A DNA stretch of 62,031 nucleotides, the filler included, from Choristocarpus tenellus KU-1152 (Eukaryota > Protista > Phaeophyceae): NCBI GenBank assembly GCA_964200185.2. It is 10 parts of 10 records of this genome, joined end to end, with 100 filler letters (N's around TTAATTAATTAA, not from the genome) between each part and the next. Parts side by side here need not be neighbours in the genome. Positions count along the whole stretch, not along the records: positions 24,204 to 29,447 come from CAXNAD020011374.1; positions 29,548 to 33,475 come from CAXNAD020017094.1; positions 33,576 to 39,313 come from CAXNAD020009879.1; 7 more parts are not named here. One strand, 5' to 3'. The notes beneath the pieces are model-generated. The model saw only the letters and a list, made by a program, of their open reading frames with translations. It was not told where the DNA came from and did no database searches. The translations under genes were made by a program, and so were the position numbers. Positions 25,291 through 36,647 of the stretch are shown here, piece after piece; position 1 is the stretch's first letter; every line of letters starts with the position of its first letter.

Positions 25291-26406
25291 GTGTATATTT
25301 CCTCTGAGATGTTACAGATGTGTTGGGAAAAATGAATTGAAACCATTCAAATATTACACTCCTATTTTGTTATTATGCCCTCTCACATTTTACAGATGTG
25401 TCAGAGGAGAAATCAACAAAAAAGCTGTTCGCATGTCAGAATAAACCCCCAAAAAGTAATGCTTGTCATAAATGTGAAAAAACATTATTGATCTATTTCT
25501 TATTTTACTACCAGTTATGCAACACCGTTCCCTACCTCTGCCTCTATCCTAGCTTAATCCTGTACTCTAGGATGAGGGGCTAGGGAGCTACCTCACGAAT
25601 CTAACAAGCCTCTTCCTGCCCATCTCCATGGTGTCCCCAGCTCAAAGCGCACTCATATTATAGATATAGGCGTCCATGCTTCCTACCGAGTCGATTGTAG
25701 TCGCCATCACTCGGAGATTGTTGTGAGCAAAACCGAGTGAGAGGGGAGCAGGATTGGACACTTTTTTAAGCAACAACGACCATGAAAGAAGAACAAAGTA
25801 GTGGAAGAAAATTAGAAAGACAAAAATTGAAATGAGAAGGGAAAACACCATCATAACCAAAAAACATGAGGAGACAAAGCGAATGAACAAAGGATGCAAG
25901 TGAATAATCTCACAAAGTAAACAGCATTCAGCAGACTATGGTAATAGTGGTTTCAGTGGCTTGGGCGACCTTACTTAGCTGTTGCTTTGGTGTGAACTAC
26001 ATTATTAGCTGTAACACCTTTCCTGGAAAACCATTCCACCGTGTACCTTATTGTACCATTAGTCACACACTCATACCACTCCTGTTGGTTGGTGACCTTC
26101 GTGCTCCACCCTCAACTCCATCCCGGACTTGTCAGGCTTGCCTTGGAGACATGTGCACTGGTTCTTCTCCCTTACATCTTGCTTCCGTTTTCGATTTGTA
26201 ATCTCCCCAAACATCGATATCTTGGGAGGTCACTCATCTCCCACACACACGAGCAACTGAGACAGGAAACAGGAGCCTCCAGTTATGTACCGTTGCCTCA
26301 ATGCAGAAATAAATGTTCTACTTGTCATCTAAAAAACCCCATGGTTATCAGCTTTAATTTAATAATCACTTTCTTCCTTTTTGTCTTATCATATTCTCTG
26401 GAAATT

Positions 26407-26408
<2 letters not shown>

Positions 26409-26440
<32 letters not shown>
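26409..26440. repeat. (AT)n microsatellite
   Basis: Perfect AT run. Shorter runs occur at ~35305, ~35655 and ~47989. Confidence 0.9.
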
Positions 26441-26443
<3 letters not shown>

Positions 26444-26533
26444 TTACTACTACTTCCACACCCAGTCTTTATAACAAACATCTCTACAGGAGAGGGCATG
26501 ATCAATGAGTTCCCGTTTCCGGAAACCTATGCA

Positions 26534-26785
26534 GCAGAGGAGTAACGTGTCGTGCCTAGATTTACACTTTATGGATGCTGACAAAAATGTCCAAAGTTCA
26601 AATTTTGAAATCGGCTGTTAATTGGGTAAATGATATTTTATGAAATAATGTGTCGAAAAGTTTCGAACGCTCTCTCAAACTTAGTACTTCATCCATAGAG
26701 ATATGAATGGAATGCGGAAGATCGAAAAACTGTATTGGAAAATGCTAAAAGCCAAAACCTGAGTACCTCTCGTTTACTTAGACTC
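26534..26785 (+). mobile_element. MITE family R4 (~260 bp), diverged copy
   Basis: Shares AAACTTAGTACTTCATCCAT with the copy at 51631. Ends GTACCTCTCGTTTACTTAGACTC. Confidence 0.65.
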
Positions 26786-29658
26786 AGTGGCTCGGGGTGC
26801 TGAACCCAACACATGAGAAGCAAGGCGGGAATGGAGGCAGTACAATTAGTCGTCCTGGTGCAACAGTTAATCCGTAGTTAGTATGACAAGTAGTGCAAGT
26901 GTGAAGCTCCTCTAACCACGATTCGGGATCATCCCCGACTAATGTGCGCATCGCCATCTAGTCTCGCAAGAACTTCGTTTGGGAGTCTTTCACAATCGCA
27001 CGTTAATAATATCTTGGACGGCGCACTCCATTCCACCCCAAAAGACAAAAGACAATCTGTGCACGATTTCTTTTAGAGTTTCACTTCCCTCTTGAATAAT
27101 GTACGCACCACAATGTGTTGCGTTAGTTTCAACCCTCCTCCATATTGTTGATTGCACTACTGCATGCAGTAGTAGGGGTATTATTGCTATCACTGTGTTT
27201 ATTCCAAGCCCCCTCTGCCCCGTGTGTCATTGCAATAGCACAACTCCAATGAGGTTGCACAACTAAGCGCCTTGTACCTCACACATGGCACACCATAGCT
27301 AAAGTGTTTGGCAGAATTCACCTGACTAACTGCAACTCGACTGCAATGCAGCATTGTTGTAGAAGCAAGGTCATGAGAAGGAGCCTGTATTGGGCAGGGT
27401 GCAAAGCCTCCAATACTGGTAGCTCTTTTGTGTGATGAGAGCGAGGGAGAGTTGTTTGCTTCTTGTTTTTGTTTAAGGTGACTATCTTCACAGAAGACAG
27501 GGCTGTAAAATTGGGTTCCGCCCTTGCTTTTGCTTGGTACAAGATGTGGATGTTGGCACATCATCTATATCTGAGATTGGCGTAGGTCTGCCTCAAAAAG
27601 AATTATGGATATTGTGAAGAGTTCAAGGTTCCACTCTGAGGTGGTAGTAGTGCTACAAATATTGTAATTGTTGTTGTTTTGGTGACGATCTGGTAGAGCT
27701 AGTTGAGATGGACTCCAGAGATGGTGAGGAAGCACCAAGCCCTTAGGTACTACAAGCAAGCCACAAAATGGACACATTGGCACTGTAGGTAGAGGGGTTG
27801 GTAGGTAGCCAAGAGAGGATGGGTGGAGGGGTTGGGGCCTGCAAGTAATGGTGATTAAGAAGAGGAGAAAATATGCAGATAGAACTACAAATGTTGGAGC
27901 ACTGGTGGTTTCATACCATACCAATTTCACAATTTGAGCTGGGGTGCACGGTCACTAATACAGTTCTAGACCTCTAACTCACACAATCTTGGTCTTCACA
28001 AAAACGTGTGCTCCCCATTGCATTTTTCAAAATCACACACCACAGTCGCAACAAACAGTGGTGAAAATGCTCGTCAAGGTGGTCAGGCGGCCAAAATTGC
28101 GCACCAATACCTCACCATGATAATAACAGTCAAAGCAAAAGGCATAACAATATAGACAACAGGAAAGATAAGGAGCACACTCTCACACAGACATTGCATT
28201 GGTGAACAGACCAAGGCACATCTACAGATAAGGAACATAAAATCGCCCTGAGGTATGCCGTGGCCCCACTCAAGAAACCTTGAATGCCCGCACCTCTCTA
28301 GCTTGACTGCCATCGAACAATCAACAATCACACACAACACAACAGACACCTCTCTATACGTGGACCTTGGTCACCTTGGTCCAAGGGTGTCAATACAACA
28401 AGGACGATATATCTGTCTCTGCCAATGGTCACCAAACATTCTGCATCTGCATCGGCAACTAGTTGACTCTGCACAGGATGACAGAATGCTGGCATCCGCC
28501 ATCCGCATCAATCACCTTGAGTCAAAAGTGCACCAATATGGATGGCACACGACAGGCGGGGAAGGGTCAGGTTGAGAAGTGGTCCTTTGCTCAAGCAGTA
28601 GCTAAGCGACTTCATATTGCAGCTTTGCAATGCTTTCTTCTCTTCTGCTGAGTTGTCTACGAAACTCCTTATACTGAGATGAAGACTATTTTTTGTACAC
28701 ACTCATCAACCAAGTAACCATTACTGTTGATTTTACTCCACTACTTACTCTAAAATTTAGGGAATTCGGGTCCCAGACTGGCCTGTGCTATTCCAAATCC
28801 CATGCCATTTTGAAATGTACTCAACGAACAAGTCTATGGAATGGAATAGTATCCATACAATCAACTATCAAGAGGGGTACTCTTTCTCAAACTACATCGC
28901 CAGTAGTATCCCTATTTCGAAACTTGCACCTTACTTCTCCCCAATACGTCCTCAAGGAAACTGGACTATATCGCAAATACTACCAGAGACACAAAAGGGG
29001 GAATGGCATGTGATGCAACCACACAAACTGTTAACAGTCCTAGGACCCTATGATTGTCATCAAGGTGCTTCACCCTTGAGGAAGGTTGCATTAACCTGTA
29101 CTTGTCACATTTTTTGTAGCGGGTGGGATCCATAGGCATCCTTAACGTTGCTGTGAAACAAGGTCCAAAGGTGGCCCCTCTCCATCCCTATTTCAACTGC
29201 CCCCCGTTGAAACAAACTACTCTTATGTACTTGTTGCAGCAGCTACTAGAAAGGATGAACACTCCACATATCTGGACTGCACAAAGAAGTTGGATGCAAA
29301 CCCTACTCGGACAAGAAGGAAACCCTTGCTTTGATTGTGAGGCTCTGGGACATAGGGTAATGGAGTGGGGAACACTTGCACTGAAACAATGTCCGAAATA
29401 CAATTTACCTGAGTATAGTTTGTGGAATGTATATATTTTGACACACANNNNNNNNNNNNNNNNNNNNNNNNNNNNNNNNNNNNNNNNNNNNTTAATTAAT
29501 TAANNNNNNNNNNNNNNNNNNNNNNNNNNNNNNNNNNNNNNNNNNNNCACACATCAGTGATGATGGATGGTTGACAGGCAATTAATAATTCAGTGTGTGC
29601 TTTACCATGTAATTCAACAGCTAGCTTCCGGCGACGAGCCTCATGTACGTCAAGCTTC

Positions 29659-30138
29659 TCAACAACCTCTGTCTACTGAGGAGATTGTCAGTTGACCACC
29701 TCCTAGGTAGACACAGAGGTTTACTAGTGTTCTAACACAGAACACCCCACTGACTAGCATGCTGTCGAATTCGGCGAACCTGTCCTCCACAGACAAGCCT
29801 AATGTTGTGACCGCACTCTCGAAGATTCCCCCCCTGGGCCTTGCCCAGATTGTGGTGTTTGTAGATTTCCTTGAGTTGACTGTGATAAAGAATGTAGAGG
29901 GTTCATTCCCGGGTAATTTCACTATTGGTAGGAACCTGTTCACCTCTTCTTGGGATGCTATATCGGAGGAACCCAGGCTTCGAAGAGGGCGATCGAGCTC
30001 AACAACGGACGTGCGGCGCAAAGGGGCATACTGGTGATGATGGTACACGAAGAGCTGTCGAACCAGCCCTACATCATTAACGACATCGTGGGTGTTGAAA
30101 CCTGAATCGAATGCATTGTACATGTAAGCAAAATGCAT
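29659..30138 (-). CDS. Orphan open reading frame or exon (159 aa), unidentified
   Basis: Long CpG-containing open frame with protein-like composition; no motif recognised. Confidence 0.3.
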   Translation of the reverse strand: MHFAYMYNAFDSGFNTHDVVNDVGLVRQLFVYHHHQYAPLRRTSVVELDRPLRSLGSSDIASQEEVNRFLPIVKLPGNEPSTFFITVNSRKSTNTTIWARPRGGIFESAVTTLGLSVEDRFAEFDSMLVSGVFCVRTLVNLCVYLGGGQLTISSVDRGC

Positions 30139-30525
30139 AGACTACGAGCAATGAGGAATCATGGTGTTGCAAAGCACCGATGAGTGATATGCATAGTCTA
30201 TGTTATGGATAGGTGTGATTGTGCTGCTAAGAACCAATATATTTATTCTGTGGTAACTGAGGTCATTGATGTCTCAGTCAATAATGATGCGATGTGAAGT
30301 CAGTATTCTTGGTTGCTCAATCCAGAATTATGTAATGTGAATTCAGTGTTCTTTAATGAGATACTCAACGAAAAAAGTCTATGCTCTATGGAGAGACTTG
30401 TTACCTTGGCTGGTAAGGGTTTCCGCGGATGGTTTTGACTCTGATTTATTTCATCCAGGTGCACAGCTGGTGCACTCGTTGCAGAGCGAGCTTGGTGCAT
30501 TGTGAGTGATTAATGGCAGCCATGA

Positions 30526-30626
30526 AAGAAATAATAATCAATCAACATACAACTGTCATCTCCTGCTGATAAGAAGAAATAATAATCAATCAACATACAA
30601 CTGTCATCTCCTGCTGATAAGAAGAA
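30526..30626. repeat. Perfect 48-bp tandem duplication
   Basis: AAGAAATAATAATCAATCAACATACAACTGTCATCTCCTGCTGATAAG x2 plus AAGAA. Confidence 0.95.
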
Positions 30627-31412
30627 GTAAGAGTGAAGAAAAACCAACAAGGGAATACAGAACAAATTTGAACCACTGTGTAATGCAAATCAAGTAACGT
30701 ATACTATTCTTGCGTGTGGAACGCAGAGCAACTGTTCTGTACTATGGTGTTGTGATGGAAATTGATGTGGTGATGATGAATTGTGACAGTAACGTCCAGA
30801 GTGTAAGAGACCAATCAACAGTCAGTGTTCACTAGTGAATCTGTATCCTATCAACGAACAAACAGATGAGTAGCCTATGTTTTAGAGGTGGGAGCATCGT
30901 ACTTTTCAACTAGGGTGCTGGCAATGATGGTTTTGGCATTTTAGAGAGTAAATAACCGTTTTTGATATTTTCTTCGTGTATCCTTGGCTGGTATTGCAGA
31001 GAGAGTACCGATAGCGGATGACTTTTGTACAGTTGAGCAGATCTGAATCTGTCTTCGAAATCCTTTGACACTCAGGTCGTGATGGTTTACCCGCACAAAT
31101 TGCTGCTAACATGACACCGAATAGATCAAGTTTTGACAAACATGCATCATCTTTCACGATTTTTCTGGCAGAACTTTGTCGTGTGCCATGTCAAACACAG
31201 CGCCGGCAACCCTTACCTGATGGATTCCTGCCGAGACCATCCGCAACTCACGAGTGTATTTCCTGCAACAATGTTTTTCTACTGATGTGCAATGTTACGT
31301 GGCTGCTGAATATGAGAAGGTCACTACTACACTCCACGAATTGTACCTGCATCTTCCTTGAGATATTAGATGAGTCGTGAACACTAGGTGATCAGAGTAC
31401 TGACAGGATGAT

Positions 31413-31929
31413 GATTCAAAATAAACGAGAGGTACCCAAGGTTGCATTTGAAGTATGCTGACAAGTAAGTGTAGAGTTCGTCTTTTTTTCAAAGGCGTCT
31501 GTCTAGGATATATTCTGAATTGTGTGTTCGAAACATTTCAAACAATAGAGAAATATTCACTCTCAGAATGAAAGTATCTTAGAGGGTACGAGTTTTGCCC
31601 TGTTTGTCTTTTTGGGGCTTGACTTCCCTCAGTGTTTTGATGACATTTTCCTAGTTCCAAAGTTTCAGAATAGGAAAAATGTGTATGTTATGAAAAGGTG
31701 TGTCCGGAACAAGGATATTGACACTTCCTAACAAACACGATAGCCAAAATTACATCAAAATCGCCACTTTGAAATTTGGTCCCCAAATGGACACGGCTCT
31801 ACCCTCTAAGATACTCTCAAGTCAAATATAGAAGTGCGTCCATGGAATTGGGGGTGAATAGTAAAGATTGAAAACAGACTTCAAATGTGAAAGAACCAAA
31901 ACCTGGGCACCTTTCGTTTTCTTTGGATT
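31413..31929 (+). mobile_element. MITE family R4 copy interrupted by an R1 insertion
   Basis: Left terminus GATTCAAAATAAACGAGAGGTACCCA; right terminus CTGGGCACCTTTCGTTTTCTTTGGATT; flanks GAT/GAC. Confidence 0.7.
31566..31816 (+). mobile_element. MITE family R1 (~255 bp)
   Basis: TIR GAATGAAAGTATCTTAGAGGGTA...TACCCTCTAAGATACTC (shortened right end); TSD TCA/TCA. Confidence 0.88.
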
Positions 31930-32193
31930 GACCCCTTGCTGCACTGAGAGGAATGATGACAAGCACTCCTCTCTAGTAGTCTTGGCCAACTTTGATTGGC
32001 ACCTTAACCTCAATGAGTTACAGAGCCGTTTGGAAACTTCACTTGTCAATGTCATTGTACGTGTGTTACTATTTAGAAAAATCAACTGATAAATTGTTTC
32101 AAACAATTGTTCAAACGTTTCATGAGTGGTTTGTGTGTGATTTAACGGGGTACATTCGATTCGAAGCGCATCATACGAGGGAGATGAATAACA

Positions 32194-32444
32194 GAGTGAA
32201 AGCATATTGGAGGGTACGAGCTGTTTGTCCATTTGGGACTTGGCTTCCCACGGGGTTTTTATGACATTTTAGCTACTCCGAAACATTTCAGAGTAGGTAA
32301 AATGTGTAAGTTATGAATGGTATGTCCGGAACAAGGATATTGACACTTGTAAACAGACACGATGGCCAAAATTTCATCAAAATTTCAACATTGGATTTTG
32401 GCCCCCAAATGGACGCGGCTCTACTATCTAAGATACTTTGACTC
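32194..32444 (+). mobile_element. MITE family R1
   Basis: GAGTGAAAG...AGATACTTTGACTC; TSD ACA/ACA. Confidence 0.9.
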
Positions 32445-32560
32445 ACAACCACGTGCATTCTTCAGTCCATTCAGCGTAACACGGCAAGAGCGTACTAACC
32501 TGGCGGCAGCAGCAGCAGCATCTACCGTAGCTACAAAATCGTAGAAAGTAGTGGCGGGCA

Positions 32561-32818
32561 GAGTTGAAGCATCATAGAGGGTAAGAGATTAGCCCTGTTT
32601 GCCCCCTTGGGGGTTGGCTTCCCGCGGGTATTTTATGACATTTTCCTACCCCGAAACAATTTGGCGTAGGTAAAATGTATACGTTTTGAAAAGGTGTGTC
32701 TGGAACAAGGATATTGACACTTCCTAACAAACACGATAGCCAAAACTATATCTTAGTCGGAACGTTGAATTTTGGCCCCCAAACAAACGCGTCTCTACCT
32801 TCTAAGATACATTGACTC
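32561..32818 (+). mobile_element. MITE family R1
   Basis: GAGTTGAAG...AGATACATTGACTC; TSD GCA/GCA. Confidence 0.9.
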
Positions 32819-33423
32819 GCACTAGACTGCATGCTGTGAGTTGAACTTGCATCCGATATTTGTGCAGCAACAAAGAATTTGCAACATTCGCATTCGACAC
32901 AGAGACCTTCCAAAGTGCATTTGCGCACGTTTCCCTATGTAGCCCATGCCGTCATGCTGACACGGGCAGTCCCATGTACTCCACTACGTACATGTACGTA
33001 TCTCAAATGATAATAATAGACGCCACCAAGTTTGGAATGTGATGGACGGGAAAGACTACAGAGTAGCAACAGGAAGTATTATGGCGCTTGGAACTTTATT
33101 GTACGGTTGTCTTTCGTTGCAGTATCTAGCAGTGCTGGTACTTGGATGGGCATTATCGATGTAGGTGCATGGTAAAACAATAGCTAGTGGTCGCCTGGGG
33201 GAATTTGTTTTGCCGTTTGTTGTTTGTGTCTACCAATGGTGCTATTTGTACTTGTAAATCCATTGTTGTTGTTGAAGCAATACTATTGATAGGAATAGGA
33301 CGACTATTTACCTGCTGGGTCCGCTGTTGTTAACATTCGATAGTTATGTACATACAAGGACTAATGTTGGGTATAAGGTGTGGACAGGGATTTCCTAGCG
33401 ATACCAGCATACTTGAGGCAGAA

Positions 33424-33475
33424 GGGTCAAAGTATCTCGGGGGGGGGTGGTTTGTGAGGGGGCGTCCGTTTCGGT
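33424..33475 (+). mobile_element. MITE family R3, left end (contig breaks inside it)
   Basis: GGGTCAAAGTATCTCGGGGG...GGCGTCCGTTTCGGT, matching the copy at 49552. Confidence 0.8.
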
Positions 33476-34041
33476 NNNNNNNNNNNNNNNNNNNNNNNNN
33501 NNNNNNNNNNNNNNNNNNNTTAATTAATTAANNNNNNNNNNNNNNNNNNNNNNNNNNNNNNNNNNNNNNNNNNNNATATCCAAATATGTTATTGTTTTCT
33601 CCCTCCTAACCTGCCCCCCCCCCCCCTCCCACTCTTTTGTTGCCACTCTTTTCGAGGCCTGTCTGTTTGCACTGATGTCCCATTGGGGTTTTGTGACTTG
33701 TTGGAGCTTGAGTCTATATTTGTACTCTCTTCTTTTTTTTAGTGAGTTCAAAATAGAACCCAACCCTGCCAAGCGGAATATAAAAAGCAATGGGGCGCAA
33801 TTTGGACATTAATTTTCTCTTTTCTCCAGTACTTTTCTAAAAATGATACAAATAAATAAAAATCTGGTTGCGCTTAAAAAAAAATATATATATATATCGT
33901 TTTGCTCTGATGAAGGGAGGAACGGGCCCAACAGGATTCCTAGAAAATCTGTTCTCCCTCTCTCCCATCCTCCACCGCCTCGATACGTATCACCCACTAC
34001 GTCAATGTTGGGTTGTTGTTTTTTCATGCCTCTTCCCACAG

Positions 34042-34520
34042 GTGGAGAGGTCCGTCTTGGGGTCGGGGGGAACCCCTTTTGCCTTACTCATCGCTCGATC
34101 GACAGATTTCAGTGCCTATGACATCATGCTGCGCCTCAACATGCCTGCGTCAAGAGACGTGCGTCTGCTTCTGTCATTGGTACAGGTGGGTTGGGGATGG
34201 TGCGTCATCCTGTCAAAGCTGCAGGGCAAAGCAGGCCACGCGCACAGTGAGGAATGGTTGGGGGTTGTATTAGGTGGAAGGATGATTAGTGCTGGGTTCA
34301 CCATGGCACTGAATGTTTCCATTGACATAACTAACCCCTGGGAGATGACCTTCCTGTGTCAGTCATCCTTGCGACACATGCCGATGGCTATTAGAGCCAA
34401 ATGCTACTACTGTTTCCTTGTGCGCCTTATCCAAAACGCCTTCCAGTATAATTCAAGTTCCAGGTCTTGCCCTCCCATCCTACACCCTTCCGCCGGTCCT
34501 TTTGCCCCTCTGCTCTACTC

Positions 34521-34562
<42 letters not shown>

Positions 34563-36647
34563 GGCGGCTGTCTTTCTTTCATGTCTTTTTTTTTTTTTTT
34601 TTGTTTTTGGTTATTATTGTTTTGNNNNNNNNNNTCAAGTTCCCCGCCCTCCCCCCCCCCCCCCCCCCCCCCCCCCCGTCCCTTTTCCCCCCCCCTCTCC
34701 CCCCCCCCCCCCCCCCCCCTTCCCCACATCTTAGGGCTGTGAGTGGCTGTTCTTGTACAAGGCTTTTTTCATGAGTTGTTCTTGTAAGGAAATGGTTGTT
34801 GAACCTTTCGCCCTTTGGTGACACAGTGTTGTTCCCAAGAGTGGTATCATTTTGTGTTACTAACGTTTGTTGAAACATGAACAATTTGCTTGTCCCTTCC
34901 AAGGTGTCAACCTATTGGTTGGGTCAGTAATGTCTGTGAGTGATGGTTTGATTGTTGATGATTAGAGTCACTCCAACACCTTCACCCATCAAAGCAGATG
35001 GCATGGGATAGGACCGAGGCTTCGGCTTGGTTGGCACCTGCCCGTCTTAAGAGGAAGAGGGAGGAGGAGGAGGAGGTTGCAATAGCCGGAGAAGTAGATT
35101 TGCTGCACAAGGCAGTGCTCCTTCAAGCAGGCACAGGGGATGCTGAGGTACTGAAATAGGGCAATCCAAGATATATATGAAAAGGAGGGAAGTGGAGATG
35201 GGGATGTTTTGTGCTTTGTGGGAGGGAGTAGTAATAGTACACTTCAATGGCAAGAGTAAAGAGATATTATGTAAGTGTAGTGCTATTGCCGTAGCCTCTC
35301 TCTCTATATATATATATATATACTGCAGGGGTTACTTCTGCGTCAGGCGCACTTCTTTTCCATCAGCCATCATACTATTGTATTATTGTAGAGTCGCTCG
35401 TATGCAGGGGCATCGCAATCCCACACTGTGTACCCTTTTTTGTCTCCCGTGGAGTGCTACTACTGTAGTACATTCTGTGATAGTAACTGAACTTGTTGAT
35501 ATAGTAGGTACAACAGCAACACTGAGGGGAAAAGTTGAAAATACAAAAAAAAAAAAAAACGTTTGTGTTTGATGGGTTTATATTGCTGGCCTTGCGCGCA
35601 CGTTTGGTGTACATCTTACTAGTTTTCAGTTTTGGTACTTTTCAAGAAAATTTAATATATATATATATATATTTATCTTATTGCGTTTTGTACACTGTTC
35701 TTTTTTTCCTCTTTTTTTCCACTTTTTTTATCGACTCTTGTGTGTACTTAGGTCAGCACCATTGGCACCGAGATTTTGGCTCGGGCGCTGAATGCCTCAG
35801 CAGTTTCTCCCACTGCCGTCTCCACCTGGGGAGTACCTGAGGAAGATACTCCTCTCTTGTGTGAAGAAGGGGGTGGGGGCGGGGGGGCTGCCCTGGCCCT
35901 GTATGACTATGCAAGGGAGGCTGCCCAGGTAAGGGGGCTGAGGTTATTCTGTGTGTATGTCTAGTTGTGATTAATAGGTTTTTTGCCACAGTGTGGAAGT
36001 CTTTTAAGATTTTTTTTTGAACTCCTGAAAAAGAAACAATTTACAGTGCATCGCATTACTCGGTGCAAGAATGTTCTGTTCTTTTTTTTTTACAGAAGGG
36101 TGATTCTTTGGTGCCATTGCAAGGAAGTGGTTGGATCAAGGGAATAGTTGTCAGGTGTCTCTCCTTTTCCCCTACTTGTTTCAGTGTGCACCAACACTGC
36201 TGCAGTAGATGGGTGCCTTGCGAGAGTACATATTTTGTTAGCAAGCGTTTCATTTTTTAGTGCGGTATAGGACAGTGTGTGTTGTGTGTGTGTGTGCTCA
36301 ACACCTACCCTCACCCATTTCACAGATTTGCTACGCCCAAAACACTTTTTTATTTTAAAAGGTATACAATGACTATCACCACCAACGGTGATACTACCAC
36401 TTAGTCCCTCAAACGCACTTTGACCCCTAACCCTCTTATGCACACCGGGAACCTCCTCAATGAACCCCCAAAATCGTTTGCACAGGTCCCTACCACCAAC
36501 ATCCCCCCACCACCTGGGTGGGTTCACATGTGTGTCAGGCATGACCACAGTGCTCAACAGCAAGTGCTTGGCTTTGTGTCCAGTGGGTGCGTGGAGAACT
36601 TCTGTGATGGACCTTGCATACGTGAATACTGCAGGCCTTTGGAGTGA
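34042..36647 (+). CDS. C-terminal four exons of a bacterial-type lipase-like alpha/beta hydrolase
   Basis: All-phase-0 exons 34042-34185, 34998-35147, 35752-35928 and 36486-36647 give VLGSGGTPFALLIARSTDF...LLSLVQ|MAWDRTE...VLLQAGTGDAE|VSTIGTEILARAL...|VPTTNIPP...VHMCVR...QQQVLGF..G.VENFCDGPC...*, with candidate catalytic Asp and His. Confidence 0.75.

Noticed and set aside
26850-26950. tRNA or tRNA-derived SINE head
   Set aside because: No convincing cloverleaf or B box.
28300-29447. Possible very old Copia pol relic
   Set aside because: Only vague motif echoes with many stops; not supportable by eye.
30526-30626. 48-bp direct repeat as a CRISPR or regulatory array
   Set aside because: Two abutting copies with no spacer; a simple tandem duplication.
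31566-32818. Repeat-spacer-repeat pattern as a CRISPR-like or tandem array
   Set aside because: The units are ~255-bp TIR elements, each with its own TSD.
33868-34902. Long proline- and glycine-rich ORFs (up to 288 aa)
   Set aside because: They arise from poly-C/poly-T runs around a 10-N gap inside an intron; only 34042-34185 is a credible exon.
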